A stretch of DNA of 64,000 nucleotides, from the NCBI RefSeq assembly GCF_006345805.1, contig NC_043002.1, positions 118,048,001 to 118,112,000 of the forward strand. The letters run 5' to 3'. Below are positions 12,587 to 26,677 of the stretch, piece after piece. How positions within the stretch are numbered: the first letter of the stretch is position 1; every line of letters starts with the position of its first letter. Source of the stretch: Octopus sinensis. Lineage: Eukaryota. A program made the position numbers and the translations under genes. The notes below the pieces were generated by a model. The model did not search any database and was not told the DNA's origin. It worked only from the letters and a program-made list of their open reading frames with translations.

Positions 12587-14226
12587 CTATACGCTGCAAA
12601 TGACAAACAGCTGGAAACACTATTAAAGACAGTTCATGGATTTACCAAAGAAATAGATATGAAATTTGGATTAGAAAAATGCGCCAAAGTAACCATAAAA
12701 AGAGGAAAACTAGTTAAGAGTAACAACATCACACTAGATGAAGCAAATGAAATAAAAGAATTAGACCAAAGCCAAACTTACAAATACTTAGGAATCCATG
12801 AACTAGATAAGACACAACACACACAAATGAAAGAGAAAATAAAAAAAGAATATTATAGACGAGTTAGATCAATACTAAACACAGAGCTCAATGCTAAAAA
12901 CAAGATAATAGGTATCAACACTTTAGCTGTCCCAGTTATAAGTTACAGCTACAATATCCTTAACTGGACACGAAATGAACTGACCAAAATAGACAGGAAA
13001 ACAAGAAAATAATGACAGGATCTAGGATGCATCACCCAAAATCTGACATAGAAAGACTATATATAGAACGTATAGAAGGTGGTAGAGGCCTTATACAGCT
13101 GGAAAACTACTATAAAATAACCACCATAGGACTGCAAAAATATCTACTTCAGAAGGAAGGAAAACTGATCCAGATAGCGGCAAAACACGAGCAAAACAAA
13201 AAACTGTTCTCAGTATTTAAGGAAGCTGACAAATACAAACAAGAAATCATACCACCTAATAAACATGAAGAAGAAGAAGAAGAAGATGAAGAAACAACAA
13301 AAGCTATAAAACAAATGAAATCCAACTAAAAATAGAACAGCAACGAACCATGATAAAACAATGGCAAGAAAAGCCCCTTCATGGTAAATACTGGACTAAA
13401 CTAAACGCAAAAGAAATAGACAAAGAAAAATCCCAGCAATGGTTGAGAAGCTCAGGACTCAAAGCAGAAACAGAGGGATTTTTAATTGCAGCACAAGACC
13501 AAAGCCTCCCCACCAGAAATTACCAAAAACATGTAATGAAAAGAAATATTACAAGTAACTGCAGAATATGTGGAGATGGACAAGAAACAATAAATCATAT
13601 TATCTCTAGCTGCCCAGTCCTGGCTAAGAAGGAATATATTCACAGACATGACAGAGTTGGAACCTACATACATTGGAAGCTATGCCAACATTATGGAATA
13701 ACAACAGAAAAAGATGGTATAGGCACACACCAGAAAAGGTCACAGAAAACGAGAAAGCAACCATACTCTGGGATATGCCAATACACACAGATAGAGAAAT
13801 TAAGGCCAACAAACCAGATATAGTTGTCAGAGATCATGAAGAAAAAAAATGCTTTCTAATTGATGTATCAATACCGGCAGATGACAACGTGTCTCTAAAA
13901 GAAATGGAGAAACTCTCAAAATACAAAGACCTGGAAATAGAGGTAACTAGAATGTGGAATCTGAAAACAGAAACAATTCCTGTCATAGTAGGTGCATTAG
14001 GCATGATAAAAAAATTTTCAGACAAATACATAACAAAAACACCAGGACTTACAAACACATATAACATACAGAAAATTGCAGTACTAGGCACTGCACACAT
14101 CCTACGCAGAACACTTTCCATACAATAACCATCAGAGCATCACAACATATCACAGCACATACCCAAGGCACACAGAACTGCGCTCGGTAGTGAAGTGAAA
14201 GCACGCTATAAAAATAAAACTACTGA
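12584..14226 (+). mobile_element. R4/Dong-clade LINE 3' fragment (copy 3, longest; RT C-terminal part plus RLE)
   Basis: KLYA..MKFGLEKCAK, YKYLG, GGRGL, PLHGKY, AAQDQ, CCHC knuckle, KPDIVV and LIDVSIPADD. Broken by single-base frameshifts. Confidence 0.93.
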
Positions 14227-14249
14227 ATAATAATAATAATAATATAATA

Positions 14250-14282
<33 letters not shown>

Positions 14283-14369
14283 TGATAATAATAATAATAA
14301 TAATAATATAATAATAATAATAATGATAATAATAATAATAATAATATAATAATAATAATAATAATAATA

Positions 14370-14407
<38 letters not shown>

Positions 14408-14416
14408 ATAATAATA

Positions 14417-14449
<33 letters not shown>

Positions 14450-14540
14450 TAATAATAATAATGATGATAATAATAATAATAATGATAATAATAATAATGA
14501 TGATAATAATAATAATAATGATAATAATAATAATATATAA

Positions 14541-15320
14541 TAAGCTTTGGCCACAAATTGGTGAAGGAGTCAACCTTAGGAATGAGCAAGTGTCTAAACT
14601 GTTTAAAATCTGTAATGGAGTTGATGAAACCATTGCCCATGTTATGGACAAATGCCCAAGTCTTGTCCCAAACCATTATAAGTTGTAGTGACACAATGAG
14701 GTAGTGAAAGTGCTACATTGGAAACTATGTGAAAAGTGGGGGATAGAGAGAGGTAAGACATGGTATGAGCACAAACTTTAGGGAGTGGTAGAGTCAGAGA
14801 CCTGCAAAATCCAAAAAGACCTTGAGCACAATAAGCTGAACCTAGCTGTGGTGGACAAGGTGAACCACATGTGCTCTATAATTGATATTAGGTATCCCCT
14901 TTCACCCACAAATAATCAAGAAGGAAGGTGAAAAAATAGATACAATTCCCCTAAATACAAAATAGCCCAACCACGGAAAATGAAGATGGTGGAGATAGTG
15001 CCAATTATTGTTGGGTTTTGGGGACAGTATCAGAAGGCATCAAAAGGAATATAAAGGAAGTTTTATGCAAGAAACACAACAAAAACAACAACAACAACTG
15101 TCGCTTGAATTGTACATTGTTTTTTTATGCAAGAAATACAACTTGGAACAAGCTGACAAGAGGTGTGAACAAGCAGCCACCTGCTGTAATGGAGAACAAT
15201 GTGGTGAGATTGCTATAAGGTTTCAATGTGCAATATGACAATGTAATTGAGGCAAGAAGGCCTGGTTTTATTCTGATTGAGAAAGAAGAGAGACATTGCT
15301 GGATTATTGATATTGCTATC
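14541..15320 (+). mobile_element. Two older, diverged R4-clade RLE fragments
   Basis: The first reads CNGVDETIAHVMDKC..HNEVVKVLHWKLCEKWG. The second reads LCKKYNL..DNVIEARRPGFILIEKEERHCWIIDIAI. Confidence 0.7.
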
Positions 15321-15405
15321 TTTTACATCCTTGGTTGCAGATATATGATTTTAATGAAGTAGGGCTAAAGCAGTGTACTCGCAGACATAACTTCCAACTA
15401 CCAAC

Positions 15406-17310
15406 CAGGTTTGCCGAACATGGTACTATTGTACCAAATTTGGTACTTTTGGTGTGTGGTAATACGTTGCAATAATTTGCTACTTTTTTCAAATTTTTTC
15501 ACTTTACGTAAAAAAATAAGTTTACAGCGTAAGTGAACAATGTAACAATAAATACATTACATCACTATTGGCTAACTACTTTATATTAAAATATATTTTG
15601 GGACATTTTATAATGAGGCAGTTTATAGCTAATTGGTAACTAGTTGGTATAGAATGTGTTCAGTAGGTGTATTGTATGTACCATCCAATATTGCTGGCTT
15701 GCAACCTCTAATGCCAGTCAGTAGCATGTTTTATACATAAGTGACAAGTGCTTCCTTACTGTCTTGTTAAACTTTTATCAATTATGAGCGATTTATAACC
15801 CTCATGATAGGCAAGAATTTGAACGATAAAAGCAGTGATGAAATTGACTTGGGTTTAACTCCACCAAAGAAAAGGATTATACCATATAATCATGAATTAT
15901 CAAACAAAATTTTATTGGATTCTTGTAAAACAAATGCCGAAAGAGTATACTGTAAATTTTGTCTGGAGAGGCATGGAAAAACAGATAAACATAATAAAAA
16001 TGGTAATTCAGAAAATAAATGTGGAAAACTGACCAACTTTTTGCAGCCTAAATCTTCTTTTGTTCATATTACAAATGTAGCAGGTGTAGAGCTTAAGCTT
16101 TGTTCCTTCATTGCAGAAGATAACTTACCAGTGAGACTTATGGATCATTTACCTGGACTAATTCAGAATGCATGTCCTGATTCCAAAATAGCTAAAGATA
16201 TTAAATGAAGAACCAAAGCTACTCAAATATCTAAAAATGTTTTAGGCCCTTATTACTTTGAAAACTTCATTACACAGTTAAAAGTGTGCAAGTTTTCATT
16301 AATTGTTGATGAAATTACTGATGTAAGTACAAAAAATACAGCTTGTTCTGTTAGCTAGATTTCATGATTGTAGAACTCAAAATATTATTGGTAGTTATTT
16401 AATTCTTTTGGAAGTGAAGGATTACTCTGCTAATGGAATTTTTTCCTCTATTGAAAGATTCTTCACTTTACAGGATATTCCTTTTGAAAATTTGATAGGA
16501 TTTGCCAGTGACAATGCTAGTGTAATGATGGAATAGAAGAGAGGTGTGCAGGCATTACTGAAGAACAAAGGTCCCTCTCTCTTTATTCAGGGTTGTGTTT
16601 GTCACTCTTTGCATATCTGTGCATCAAAGGCATGTTCAGAATTACCTTTATATTTAGAAGAACTTGTTAGAAGCAAATATTCATTCTTCTCAAATAGCCC
16701 AAAGAAACTGCAGGAATATGAAGAATTTCAGGCATTTGCTCAAACAAATCCTCATAAATTATTACATTTAAGTTGTACAAGTTGTCAAAAGAATACTAGA
16801 ACAGTGGCCTGCTCTAGTGTTATTCCCTACTACTATTGCTGTTGATGATAACAACAGTGCAGCTTCAAATGTGCTGAACTCATTAACAAATCTAATCACA
16901 GTGAAGTATAATGCATTTTTATCATATATTTTGCCAGATATTATTAAGTTGAACTTAAATTTCCACTCAGAAAGCTATAAAATGCACAAACTGCACTAAT
17001 CTATTACATGTACTGTTAAGGGAATACTTGGCAATTTTGTTAAAGAAGAAATTGTGAAAAATAAAGAGCTACATGAAATTAATATCAATGATCCATCGAT
17101 GTATCTTCCCATAACTGAAATTTATAGAGGAGCAAAAATTGAAAGCATCTACATAAAGAAAGCTTCATCTATTGGTACAACCAAATTGAAACAATTTCAT
17201 GTGAAAACATTACATTTTTATGTCCGCCTTGGGAAGGAATTTTTTCAGCACCTCTTTGCACATGATTTCTTCTGTAATCTGAAGCTTCTAGAGGCAGTGT
17301 CCTGATACTG
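15406..17310 (+). mobile_element. hAT-superfamily DNA transposon with a decayed transposase, 3' end lost
   Basis: Terminus caggtttgcc.., YCKFC (BED-like), FIAEDNLP..CPDSKIAK, FSLIVDEITD, GFASDNASVM and GCVCHSLHICAS motifs. Multiple stops. Confidence 0.88.
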
Positions 17311-17344
17311 TCCTGATGCTAACAATTGGCCTGATGCTAATAAC

Positions 17345-18560
17345 AAACACACCATGCTTTGACAATTTTGAGTGTAAAAAATTGTTTCTGGAAGTCATGG
17401 GTGTCCCACAGTTTTTTTATTTTATAAGGATGTCTACAAGTGGTAGAGGTGTTGAATTGAAAGAGGTGGCTAAAATTGTTTTTGAAGAGGTAGTGGATAA
17501 TCTTGTGGGCTTGCACCAAATCATCTGCTAGATGATGAAACTTTAATGTGTCAATGCCCAGTGAAGCAAGCAATACATTCAAGATGTGGTAAGTGACTGA
17601 CAGAGGGTATTCATCCGTTTGCATGTCTCTGGACATGTTCTGATAAGATTGGAGTTCCCTGAAGATGCAAACTCTAAGTGTGGATGTACCATAGCCAATA
17701 TAGTTTTAACTATATAACTTGTGAGCAACTGATAAAGGTCTTACTGAATGATGCTCAGATGGCTTTGACCTTTTTAACACTGTCACAATGGTGGCTTGGT
17801 TGGTGCAATGTGGAGCTGGTAAATGAAGATATATTTCTTTGGCTGCATGAATAATAACTGAAGTACACTCATGGACATTAACTGAAATATTTATTGTCAG
17901 ACAAAAAATATTGCTGTTGTTTATTTCCAATGAATTACATGAATGTTTGCTGACTGGGAGAGAAAGAGAAAAGCAATGCCAAATCCATAGAAGTTTCATA
18001 TGAGACATTGTGTGAATGTTCAGTTTTGTCTGTCTGAGGGTCTGGAGTTGTCTGCATAGCTGTCCTGAACTGTCTGCATTGGCAAGTGTGGAGGCATGTG
18101 AAATAGTCAGTGACCTTCGAAGCACTGTCATTAATTGAGCAGCAAAACGGTTTTTTTATATAGCGTATAAGAAAGAACATTCTAGAAGGTTTGAAAAAAC
18201 CTTATCATGCCACAGTCTCATGCTCATTGGTTGATTAATAGACTTTTGTGAAACTATGCTGGTTCACTGTGGTGCCTGACTAATTTTCTAGCAGTTAAGG
18301 TTTCAAATCACACTACAACATTTTTAGAAATGTGGTTCATCCAATACAGATCTTTGTTAACAATAATGCCTAAGTCACATCAAAAGACTTCTTAAGGTTG
18401 GTGTTGTGGAAGGAAGAGGTACATTCCTGGTGTTTTTCTCCCAGAGAGCTTCACTATTAGTTGTTTGTTTGGCACAGAATTAAAGGCATTTGTGAAGCTG
18501 AAATAAGTAACATCCACTTATGAGTCACCATCTGTGACTTGATTGATGTTTCCTAGATGG
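17345..18560 (-). mobile_element. Decayed CR1/L2-like LINE RT 3' fragment
   Basis: LASLGIDTLKFHHLADDLVQAHKII..HPYKIKK..FFTLKIVKAW and MVHPHLEFAS match the CR1-group C-terminus. The distal boundary is uncertain. Confidence 0.65.
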
Positions 18561-18574
18561 CAACTACTTAGAAG

Positions 18575-18605
<31 letters not shown>

Positions 18606-20177
18606 TTCAACCATGGTAGTGGTTGAATATATTCTTAAGTCCACCATTTTGTCAATTGCAGCAGCCTCCAAGTTTCACCACTAATTCTGTTCTCAACTAA
18701 ATTGCAAACCATTAATAGTTTTAAAGAAGACACCTCCTCAGCTAGACTTTGGCATAAATAGTTTGAGATTTGGTTCAGTAGAAAAAAGTTACATCAAAAT
18801 ATCTGCGATCTCAAAGGGGGCAGCACGGCAGATATTCATCTTCAATTAACATAAATTTTAAAATTTTAAATTAAAAATAAACTTTTCTTAGGCTTAAATG
18901 ATAGAAAAATGCATGAGGAATTCAGAATCGTTAGTTGCATTGAACAAAAATTAGTAGAAAAACAGTTATGAAGTAAAATATTATGAAATTTTATGTCAAT
19001 AAGTAAGGAAGTAAGGGAATACGTTTAAGCAATAAGAATAAAGAATATATTTCTAAAATGAACGTTTACATTCTAAGGCGGTGAGTTGGCAGAAACTTTG
19101 GCACAATGCTTACAAGTATTTCATCTGGCTTCACATTTTGAGTTAAAATTTCGCCAAGGTCGACTTTGATGCACAGATTATTTAATTAATTTTTTTAACT
19201 AAACACTTTCAAACTTTCGATACTGGTAGAATGTATCACATAGAACAGGGTTTACTCTTAACATTTTTGACAAAATTTTGTGTTTTAGAAGTTATTTCGT
19301 CAGAAGTTACAGAGTGACAGTGGACAAATTCATGTTTGACAAGTGTCAATACATGAAACTCTCAGCTTTTGACTTACTCTCTAACTTCTGCCAATGATAT
19401 ATATACATATGACATATATGTGTAAAAAAATCTCATCATGCAATCAAACCAATGAAAGAGCCTTTACCTGGTTGCTCGACACACTAAAAATAGCAGCCAA
19501 AGTATCCCCCTACCTAAATCACATGCTCATTGTATGTAATGTCCTAGATAATCCCTAAAAAGACAGTTTGCTGAAGACTGGAATGTCTTTGCAGTACTAG
19601 GGTTGATCTGAGGCTAAATAAAAACAACATTATGGTAAATTTCTATATTAACACTCACACAATTTTCACAAAGAAAAAAAACAACAAAAATTTGATTTTT
19701 TGCATGGAATCAAGTACCCTAACCTCCTAATATGCTGCAAATCCCCTATTTTGGTTTGGAAAAAAATGAGGTGGGGTTCCTCCTACCCAATCCTGGAATC
19801 ATTGGAAAATTTTTTTTTCATTGAATGAATTCCTGTAACCTCCTAATATTGCAAAATTAGGTTACTTAAGGTGAGCCTGGTAACTGATGGTTTTGGGATC
19901 TTGTTGTTTGTAACTTTTGGTGAGCCATGGGGTAACCAACAACATGGCAAAAATCCCTGCCGTTAATTTGGTGTGGATGGGTAATATCAAATAATTCAAT
20001 CACAACAGATATTTAAATTAAACATGAAAAATAAAATTGAAATAATACCATCACTTACACGGAAAAATTGAAATATTATCTTTCAGTATTTTATGAGGTA
20101 AAATCTTAAATTATTAATTGACACATTATTAATTATCTTATAACAGCAATGCCTGGAAAAATGGATTAAATAAAAAA

Positions 20178-20652
20178 AATGTGAGCATGAAAAGTAATAT
20201 TCTTAAGATTATAAACCTAGAAAAGTACAGGACAAGTTATTACACCTGTAAAAGTATAGGACAAACTATTACTTCAAGTAATGTAAAGAATAAGAAACTT
20301 TTTGCTTAAAACATTGCAGCTAAAATTAAAATTTGAATATTAAAACTTATTTTATTATAGTTTACAAATAACACTATACTTATTTAACTAGAATTTGGCT
20401 AATTTACTGCCTTAAATACAGAAAAAAGTGACTAATTAGACAAACTTACAAATTAGCTGAACAGTTTGTACAATAAATTTAAAAGCTGAGAACTGTAAAG
20501 TGTGATAAATTAGAAGAACTGGCATTCTTTGTTGCAATATTTTAAGTAAAAAGTTTCTTATTCTTTACTTTACAAGAAGTAATAGGTTGTCCTATACTTT
20601 TAGAGGTTTATAATCTTAAGAATATTACTTTTCATGCTTGCATTTTTCCATG
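20178..20652. mobile_element. MITE/foldback element with ~130-bp imperfect TIRs
   Basis: gcatgaaaagtaatattcttaagattataaacct... at 20185-20320 is inverted at 20531-20640. The right end abuts (TA)n. Confidence 0.7.
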
Positions 20653-20654
20653 TA

Positions 20655-20710
<56 letters not shown>

Positions 20711-20737
20711 AGAGTCAGGGAATGAAGTAGGAAAGAT

Positions 20738-20826
20738 CCAGGCTACATATGTTTCACAGCAAGTTGAACTTCAGAAGCAGTAAAATCCAAGTGAGGTGTA
20801 TACTGCTGGCTACTCTGCAGGCCAAG
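20738..20826 (-). ncRNA. Decayed type I hammerhead-like motif with extended stem II
   Basis: Minus strand: ggc CTGCAGA gtagc..agcagta..tactgct..gctgt GAAAC atat GTA gcc. One core substitution. Confidence 0.55.
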
Positions 20827-21447
20827 AATATCTTGATTAGATTTAAGGTTATATTACTGTAAGGAGGTACATGTTGATGCAAGGAATATTCAATCAGAAT
20901 GTGTACAGAGCACAGTATGTGAGGAGTATATAAATGTAGGGAGAAATAAATATTAGAAGAAGGGAAGAACGAAGAAAATATAATGGAGTGAGAAGGAGGA
21001 ATTTAAACAAGGTCAGTTGACTGGTAATATATAACAGAGTTGTTTTGGCTGTATCGCAGAATTTAGTAAGGGGATTGGTATTTGAAGAAAAGATAATTTG
21101 AAGGGAGGTGGGGAAATGTTTTTGGTCGTGGGGGAGAAAGAAAGTGTGTATGAATAAAGCTAGGTAGAGTGAGGAATTAAAGCACCGTTATTTCACTGTT
21201 GGTCGACTTTGCCTTTCATCCTTCCGGGGTCGATAAATTAAGTACCAGTTAAGCACTGGGGTCGATATAATCGACTTAATACCTATGTCTGTCCATGTTT
21301 GTCCCCTCTATGTTCAGCCCCTTGTGGGTAATAAAGAAATAGGTATCTAAAGGGCTTTTTTGGCCGAATCACAGAAATTAGCAGGGGAGTGGTATTATAA
21401 GTAAAAAAAGAAAAAGAAAACTATGAAGTGGTGGAGGTGTATGTAGG

Positions 21448-21626
21448 TATGTAGCAATATCGTTCTCTCATTGCTATCTTCACTGTTTGAGAAGAGTATT
21501 AAGAATACTCTCGTTCGAGATTACAAACATCTTCGGCTAGTTCAACATTGTTGTAAACACTAATTCGATTGGCTGACATGTGGTCTCTACTACGTTCGAG
21601 CAATGAGAGAACGATATTGCTACATA
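21448..21626. repeat. 28-bp perfect inverted repeat enclosing a partial HHR-like motif
   Basis: Arms at 21448-21475 and 21599-21626. The spacer on the minus strand reads CCGAAGA tgtttg...caaaca gt GAAG. Confidence 0.7.
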
Positions 21627-21709
21627 GGTATATGTACTTGTAAGTTTATGGATGGAGGGCGGGGTAGGAGTTGAAATAAAAGAAAAGAAAATATTGTTTT
21701 AGATTTTTT

Positions 21710-21873
21710 TATTCTTTTATTTGTTTCAGTCATTTGACTATAGCCTTGCGTTGCTTTGGGTCAATGCAAGGCTATAGTAGAAGACACTTGCCCAAGGTGC
21801 CATGCAGTGGGACTGAACTCAGAACCATGTGATTGGGAGGCAAGCTTCTTACCACACAGCCATGCCTGTGCCT
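21710..21873 (-). mobile_element. tRNA-derived SINE (family of 30181)
   Basis: The reverse strand reads ggcacaggcatggctgtgtggtaagaagcttgc...gttctgagttcagtcccactgcatggcaccttgggcaagtgtcttc. Confidence 0.75.
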
Positions 21874-22224
21874 ATTGATAAGGAAAAATACGGAAAGAAG
21901 TTTGTAATTGATAATCAAGGAATTAAAGGGGAAAAATATTGTTGATTTAATACATAGTGGTAGTGAGGGTGAATTAGAAGGAAAAAAAAATGTATGAAGA
22001 TTAGAAGGAGAAAAGAGCCGGGTGGGGTTGAAATTATTTATATTTTGAGAATAGATTTAGTGGCCAATATTTGCAGGTGAATATTATACTGCTGCGTTCA
22101 TTGAAATAATCTGTGGATTGCAAAATAGCCAAAACCTCGACTATGCAGAGATCTCACTTGTTATTATATGTGCTGTAAGGCTTGGCATTAGTGACTATGG
22201 ACCACTTGAGAGTGTAAGAAGTTA

Positions 22225-23262
22225 TTTTTACAAAGCTATAATGGACGTGACAAATCGGCATATTTTGCTTCAATAAAGACAACGCAATAGAAAGTGCAAG
22301 GAATATTAATGCAGTCTATGGAGATTGGACAATAAGCATAAGCCAGTGTCAATGATGGTTCCAGAAATTCCAAGCTGGAAACTACAGCCTAGAAGACAAG
22401 CCTAATCCTGAAAGATCTGTAGAGCACAATTAGGACGTCCTGCAGACCCTGGTTGAACAAAATCCCATTGTAACTGTTGAGGAAATAGCAGAGAAGCTTG
22501 GTCATTCAACCATTCATCGATAGCTGTGTGCCATCAGAAAAATCAGCAAATTGGATCAGTGTGTTCCTCACAAACTTTCTGAGTCTAATTGCACAGAGAG
22601 AGTGAATGTGTGCTCTTCTTTGCTGTCACATCTCATGAACGAAACTTTCTTGGACTGAATAGTAACTGGTGATGAGAAATGGGTTCACTATAAAAATGTC
22701 AAGCACCAAAGACAGTGGGTAAAGAAAGGGGAAACTCTGGCACCCCAGGCTAAAGGAGGTCTTCACCCAGGTAAGGTGTTGTTATCTGTTTGGTGGGATA
22801 TTCATATCCCACCAAACAGATAACCTTTTAAACCCAGACCAAACAATAACAAAGCAGCTTAAGTCAATGCTAGAAGAAAAACGACCATCTTTGGCTCCAA
22901 GATGAAGGGTGTTCTTCCATCAGAGCAAGGGTGACATTCCAAAGGTGACATTCCAAAGGCTGGAGCAGTTTGAATGTCCCACCCACTATATTCGCTGGAC
23001 ATTGCCCCATCTGATTATCATTTATTCTGCAGTCTTCAAAATTATTTGGATGAGAAAAATATGAATTCTGTAGATGAGGTCATAACAGTACTGGAGAAGT
23101 TAATTTTGGAAGAGAGGCTTTGCAAGTCTAGCAGACAGATGGAAGAGCATTGTAGGAAATGAAGGAGAGTATATTTTAGATTAAAAAAGAACTTTGTTTA
23201 TCTTAATTTTGAAAAATAAAAGAAGTATTAAAAAATCGCATTATTTATGGGATGACCCAATA
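22225..23262 (+). mobile_element. Mariner (DD34D-type) transposon, decayed
   Basis: TGDEKWVHYKN and HPLYSLDIAPSDYHLF motifs. The right TIR cattatttatgggatgacccaa is followed by TA. Confidence 0.9.
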
Positions 23263-23343
23263 TATATATAACAACAGGTAATTGAAACTGTACCACTGCT
23301 TTACTCATCATCTATTCATATCATACATTTTGTATGATTTCTC

Positions 23344-23399
<56 letters not shown>

Positions 23400-23401
<2 letters not shown>

Positions 23402-23590
23402 CAAATTTACAGAAAACAAAAGATGAAGACAGGTGTAGGAACAACAAGCAGGTGTATTAGTTTCAAGCTCAGGAAAAATGGAAAAGTATTTAGCGTTTTG
23501 AGCCTATGCTCTTTGACAGAAAGGATTAAGAGAAAAAAATGGAGAGAGAAAAAGTTGTGCAGAGTTCAGTGGTTCAACATGATGAGATGA
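23400..23590 (-). mobile_element. Penelope pLTR-like repeat with a decayed minimal HHR-like motif (~23488-23525)
   Basis: Homologous to 36590-36750. Minus strand reads ctgtcaa a gagc atag gctc aaaac gcta. Confidence 0.45.
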
Positions 23591-24164
23591 CTGGAAGAAA
23601 GTGGCTGAATGAAAGGGAAATAATAATAATAATGATAATGGTGGCCTCAATGAACTAAGGTGCACAAGTGTGTGTGTGTATGTGAGAATGGTGTGTGTGA
23701 GTGTGTATGTGTGAACGGGGCGAATGTGTGTGTGCATGCATATGGATGTATGTATATGTGTGAGTTTATATATATATTCCAAGAGAGTTAGAGGTTGTGA
23801 ATCCAACCAACTAAGGGATAATATCTATCCAATGTACTGCTGGTAGAATACCCAATTACTAATACACAAGTGTTTTTTCATTGCATGGCAATTACTTTAC
23901 CGAGTGTAATAAATGGGTGAGGGTAAAAAGTTATTTTACCCTTACTTTATACAGCAATAAGAAAATGGAGGGGATCAAGAGGACGTTCATAAGGTTAAGT
24001 TGTATATAAACATGTGATCACATGTTTATATGAATATATATACATATTTGTGTATAATTATTATAATTAGGTACAAAAAGAATAATACGAACTGCTGCAA
24101 TAATACTCCCTTCTCAACACATGTAATACGTATGTACCTATGGGTATGTTTGTACGTAAAAATA

Positions 24165-24215
<51 letters not shown>

Positions 24216-24557
24216 ATGTATATGTGTATATACATATATACATATATATATATTCCTCATGTATATACCTTTTCATTCCTACATAACTACAATAATCTTA
24301 AGTTACATTGATTTTTTAAAATTGTACTGTTATTTCTCTTTTAATAACTTTCCCCTACCTCTGTTTATACTTTATCTAATAAGAATAATATAATATAATA
24401 CACCCAATAATAATAATAATTGATTCCTTTGTATGCATATACATATGCATATACATTTAAGTATATGTATATGTGTTTATGTATATGTATGTATATGTAA
24501 AAGTATGTATATACGTATGTATTTATATTTATAACTTAACCTTATGAACTTTCTAAA

Positions 24558-24682
24558 CTGTGTGACGAAGCCCAGAGAAACACCCAAGTACCTTAATCTT
24601 GTCTACCAAATACTTCAGTTCACCAGAAGGATAAAAGTAGAATGGGGTACTATGGTCTCTTGGCTGAAACAGCTGTAAGATA
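24558..24682 (+). ncRNA. Decayed hammerhead-like motif with a ~95-nt stem II
   Basis: gtgacga agcccagaga..agtacc...ggtact..tctcttggct GAAAC agct GTA. Stem I is poor and C3 is mutated. Confidence 0.45.
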
Positions 24683-24895
24683 CCATCCTACTTTCTATGT
24701 TCTACGTTACATATTTTAATAATTACTGGTATTTTTATATTTTATATTTTATATATTATACATGTAAAGCATAATATGTTATACATGTATGTATATTGCC
24801 ATAATTGTCATTTTTTAAAAAATAAATAAATAGACATAATATAATGTCTAAAAGTTGATGAATACCAACTCTTGATCCCCTCCACTTTCTTATTG

Positions 24896-24962
<67 letters not shown>

Positions 24963-25224
24963 TATGGAGAGTATGTGTGTATATGTGAGTGTGTTAGGAA
25001 GTGTATTCTTCTTCAACTAAAATAGTATTTTTGTTAATCTTTCCCCTACAATACCTCACTGCCAGACTCCAACAAAAACCAGGAATATACATTCACAGCT
25101 ACACAACAGCAGCATTTCATTCACGATAGCTCGGCTTATGTGTGTATTGATTAAAAAGCAAATTGGTTGATGCCAATTTGATTGCATGCCTCAAAGAAGG
25201 CATCTAAGCAGAAACTGGCAAGAG

Positions 25225-25234
25225 ATAGATAGAT

Positions 25235-25265
<31 letters not shown>

Positions 25266-25326
25266 AGAAGAAGAAGAAGAAGAAGAAGAAGAAGAAGAAG
25301 AAGAAGAAGAAGAAGAAGAAGAAGAA
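25225..25326. repeat. (GATA)n/(GA)n/(GAA)n microsatellite
   Basis: Directly visible in the sequence. Confidence 0.95.
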
Positions 25327-26389
25327 ACAGAAAGCTATAATATTGTGAGGAATTGTCAGGAAATTTTTGTATTTTCTTTCTTTTGGGGATTTTTTTTACG
25401 AGCTCAGTCATTTGAATTGCTGCAGAACAGTTTAACAGTTCGTAGACTGAACATTTATATTTTTACTTTCATGCTGACATAATTATTTCTTTATTTCTTC
25501 TCTCTATGGTCATTAAAATGCTGGTAGAGATGAAAGAATGTGTAAAAATAGTGTCCTTTTCATGTTAGAGGAAGAAGCAATATCAGGCTGTCCAAAGCAT
25601 TGATACTTTGAATTGCCACGTCATGGTTAATAGATATTTCATCTGTTGATAAAGTGTGTAGATGGATCAATATTCTATGAATATTAATAGAAATAAGACT
25701 CTCCCAAAATAGGACCAGAGTGACATGACCATCCTTTTTTGCAATAAAATAAATGTTTTATTGTCAATTGTGTTTAACTTTTACCTTTCATTCTGTTGGG
25801 TCCTATCAATAAGATAAGTATCAGTCAAGTACTGAGTGCAGTTGAATTACTTGTTCACTGCCCCCAAAATGTGTGGTCCATTTATTCATGCTAGAAATCA
25901 AATTAGATAAAATAAATAGACATGTGGTAGGTGATGGATATTTCAAAATTTACATAGTATAGAAAATATTGATTTCAAATTTTGGCATGAGGCCAGCAAG
26001 TTCAGGGCAGTGGGTAAGCCAATTGCATTGACTTCACTGCTTGAGTGGTACTTATTTTGTCAACCCTAGCAGAATTTGAACTCAGAACATAAATACAAAC
26101 AAAATGCTGCTAAACATTTTGCCCGGCATGCTAACAATTCTGCCAGCTTGCCACCTTCATAATACAGAAAATATTAACTTAAAAGCAAATATTATTTAAC
26201 CCAAGGAATGAATAAAATGATGATAGTTTTTCTAGACCTCACCAGGTTGGTTAACAACCAATTTAAATAGTTAGAGTTTGGAAGGAAAACATAGACAAAA
26301 TGGAGTTCAAGAGGAATAATTACATAAATTGTAAACCACAGGGTCTTAGATGTGGGTCAAGAATGAAAATTACTCAGTGGTTTTAGATC

Positions 26390-26630
26390 TTTTATCTTTA
26401 ATTTTTTACTTGTTTCAGTCATTAGACTGCAACCATTCTAGGGCACTGCCTTGAAGAATTTTTAGTTGAAGGGATCAACCCCAGTACTTATTTTTTGTCA
26501 AACCTGGTACTTATTCTATTGGTCTCTTTAGCCCAAACACTAAGTTACAGGGATGTAAACACACAAACACCAGTTGTCAAGTGGTAGTGGGAGACAAACA
26601 CAGACACAAAGACATACGCACATAAAAAAA

Positions 26631-26677
<47 letters not shown>

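Larger units (their letters stand above)
5272..14540. repeat. Large compound (AAT)n/(GAT)n microsatellite domain hosting R4/Dong insertions
   Basis: Long visible AAT/GAT runs at about 5272-5703, 6891-7060, 7860-9620, 10395-10517, 10928-11130, 11935-12583 and 14227-14540. Confidence 0.97.

Noticed and set aside
5260-14694. Many poly-I/N/D/M/Y/L ORFs
   Set aside because: They are translations of (AAT)n/(GAT)n microsatellites, not proteins.
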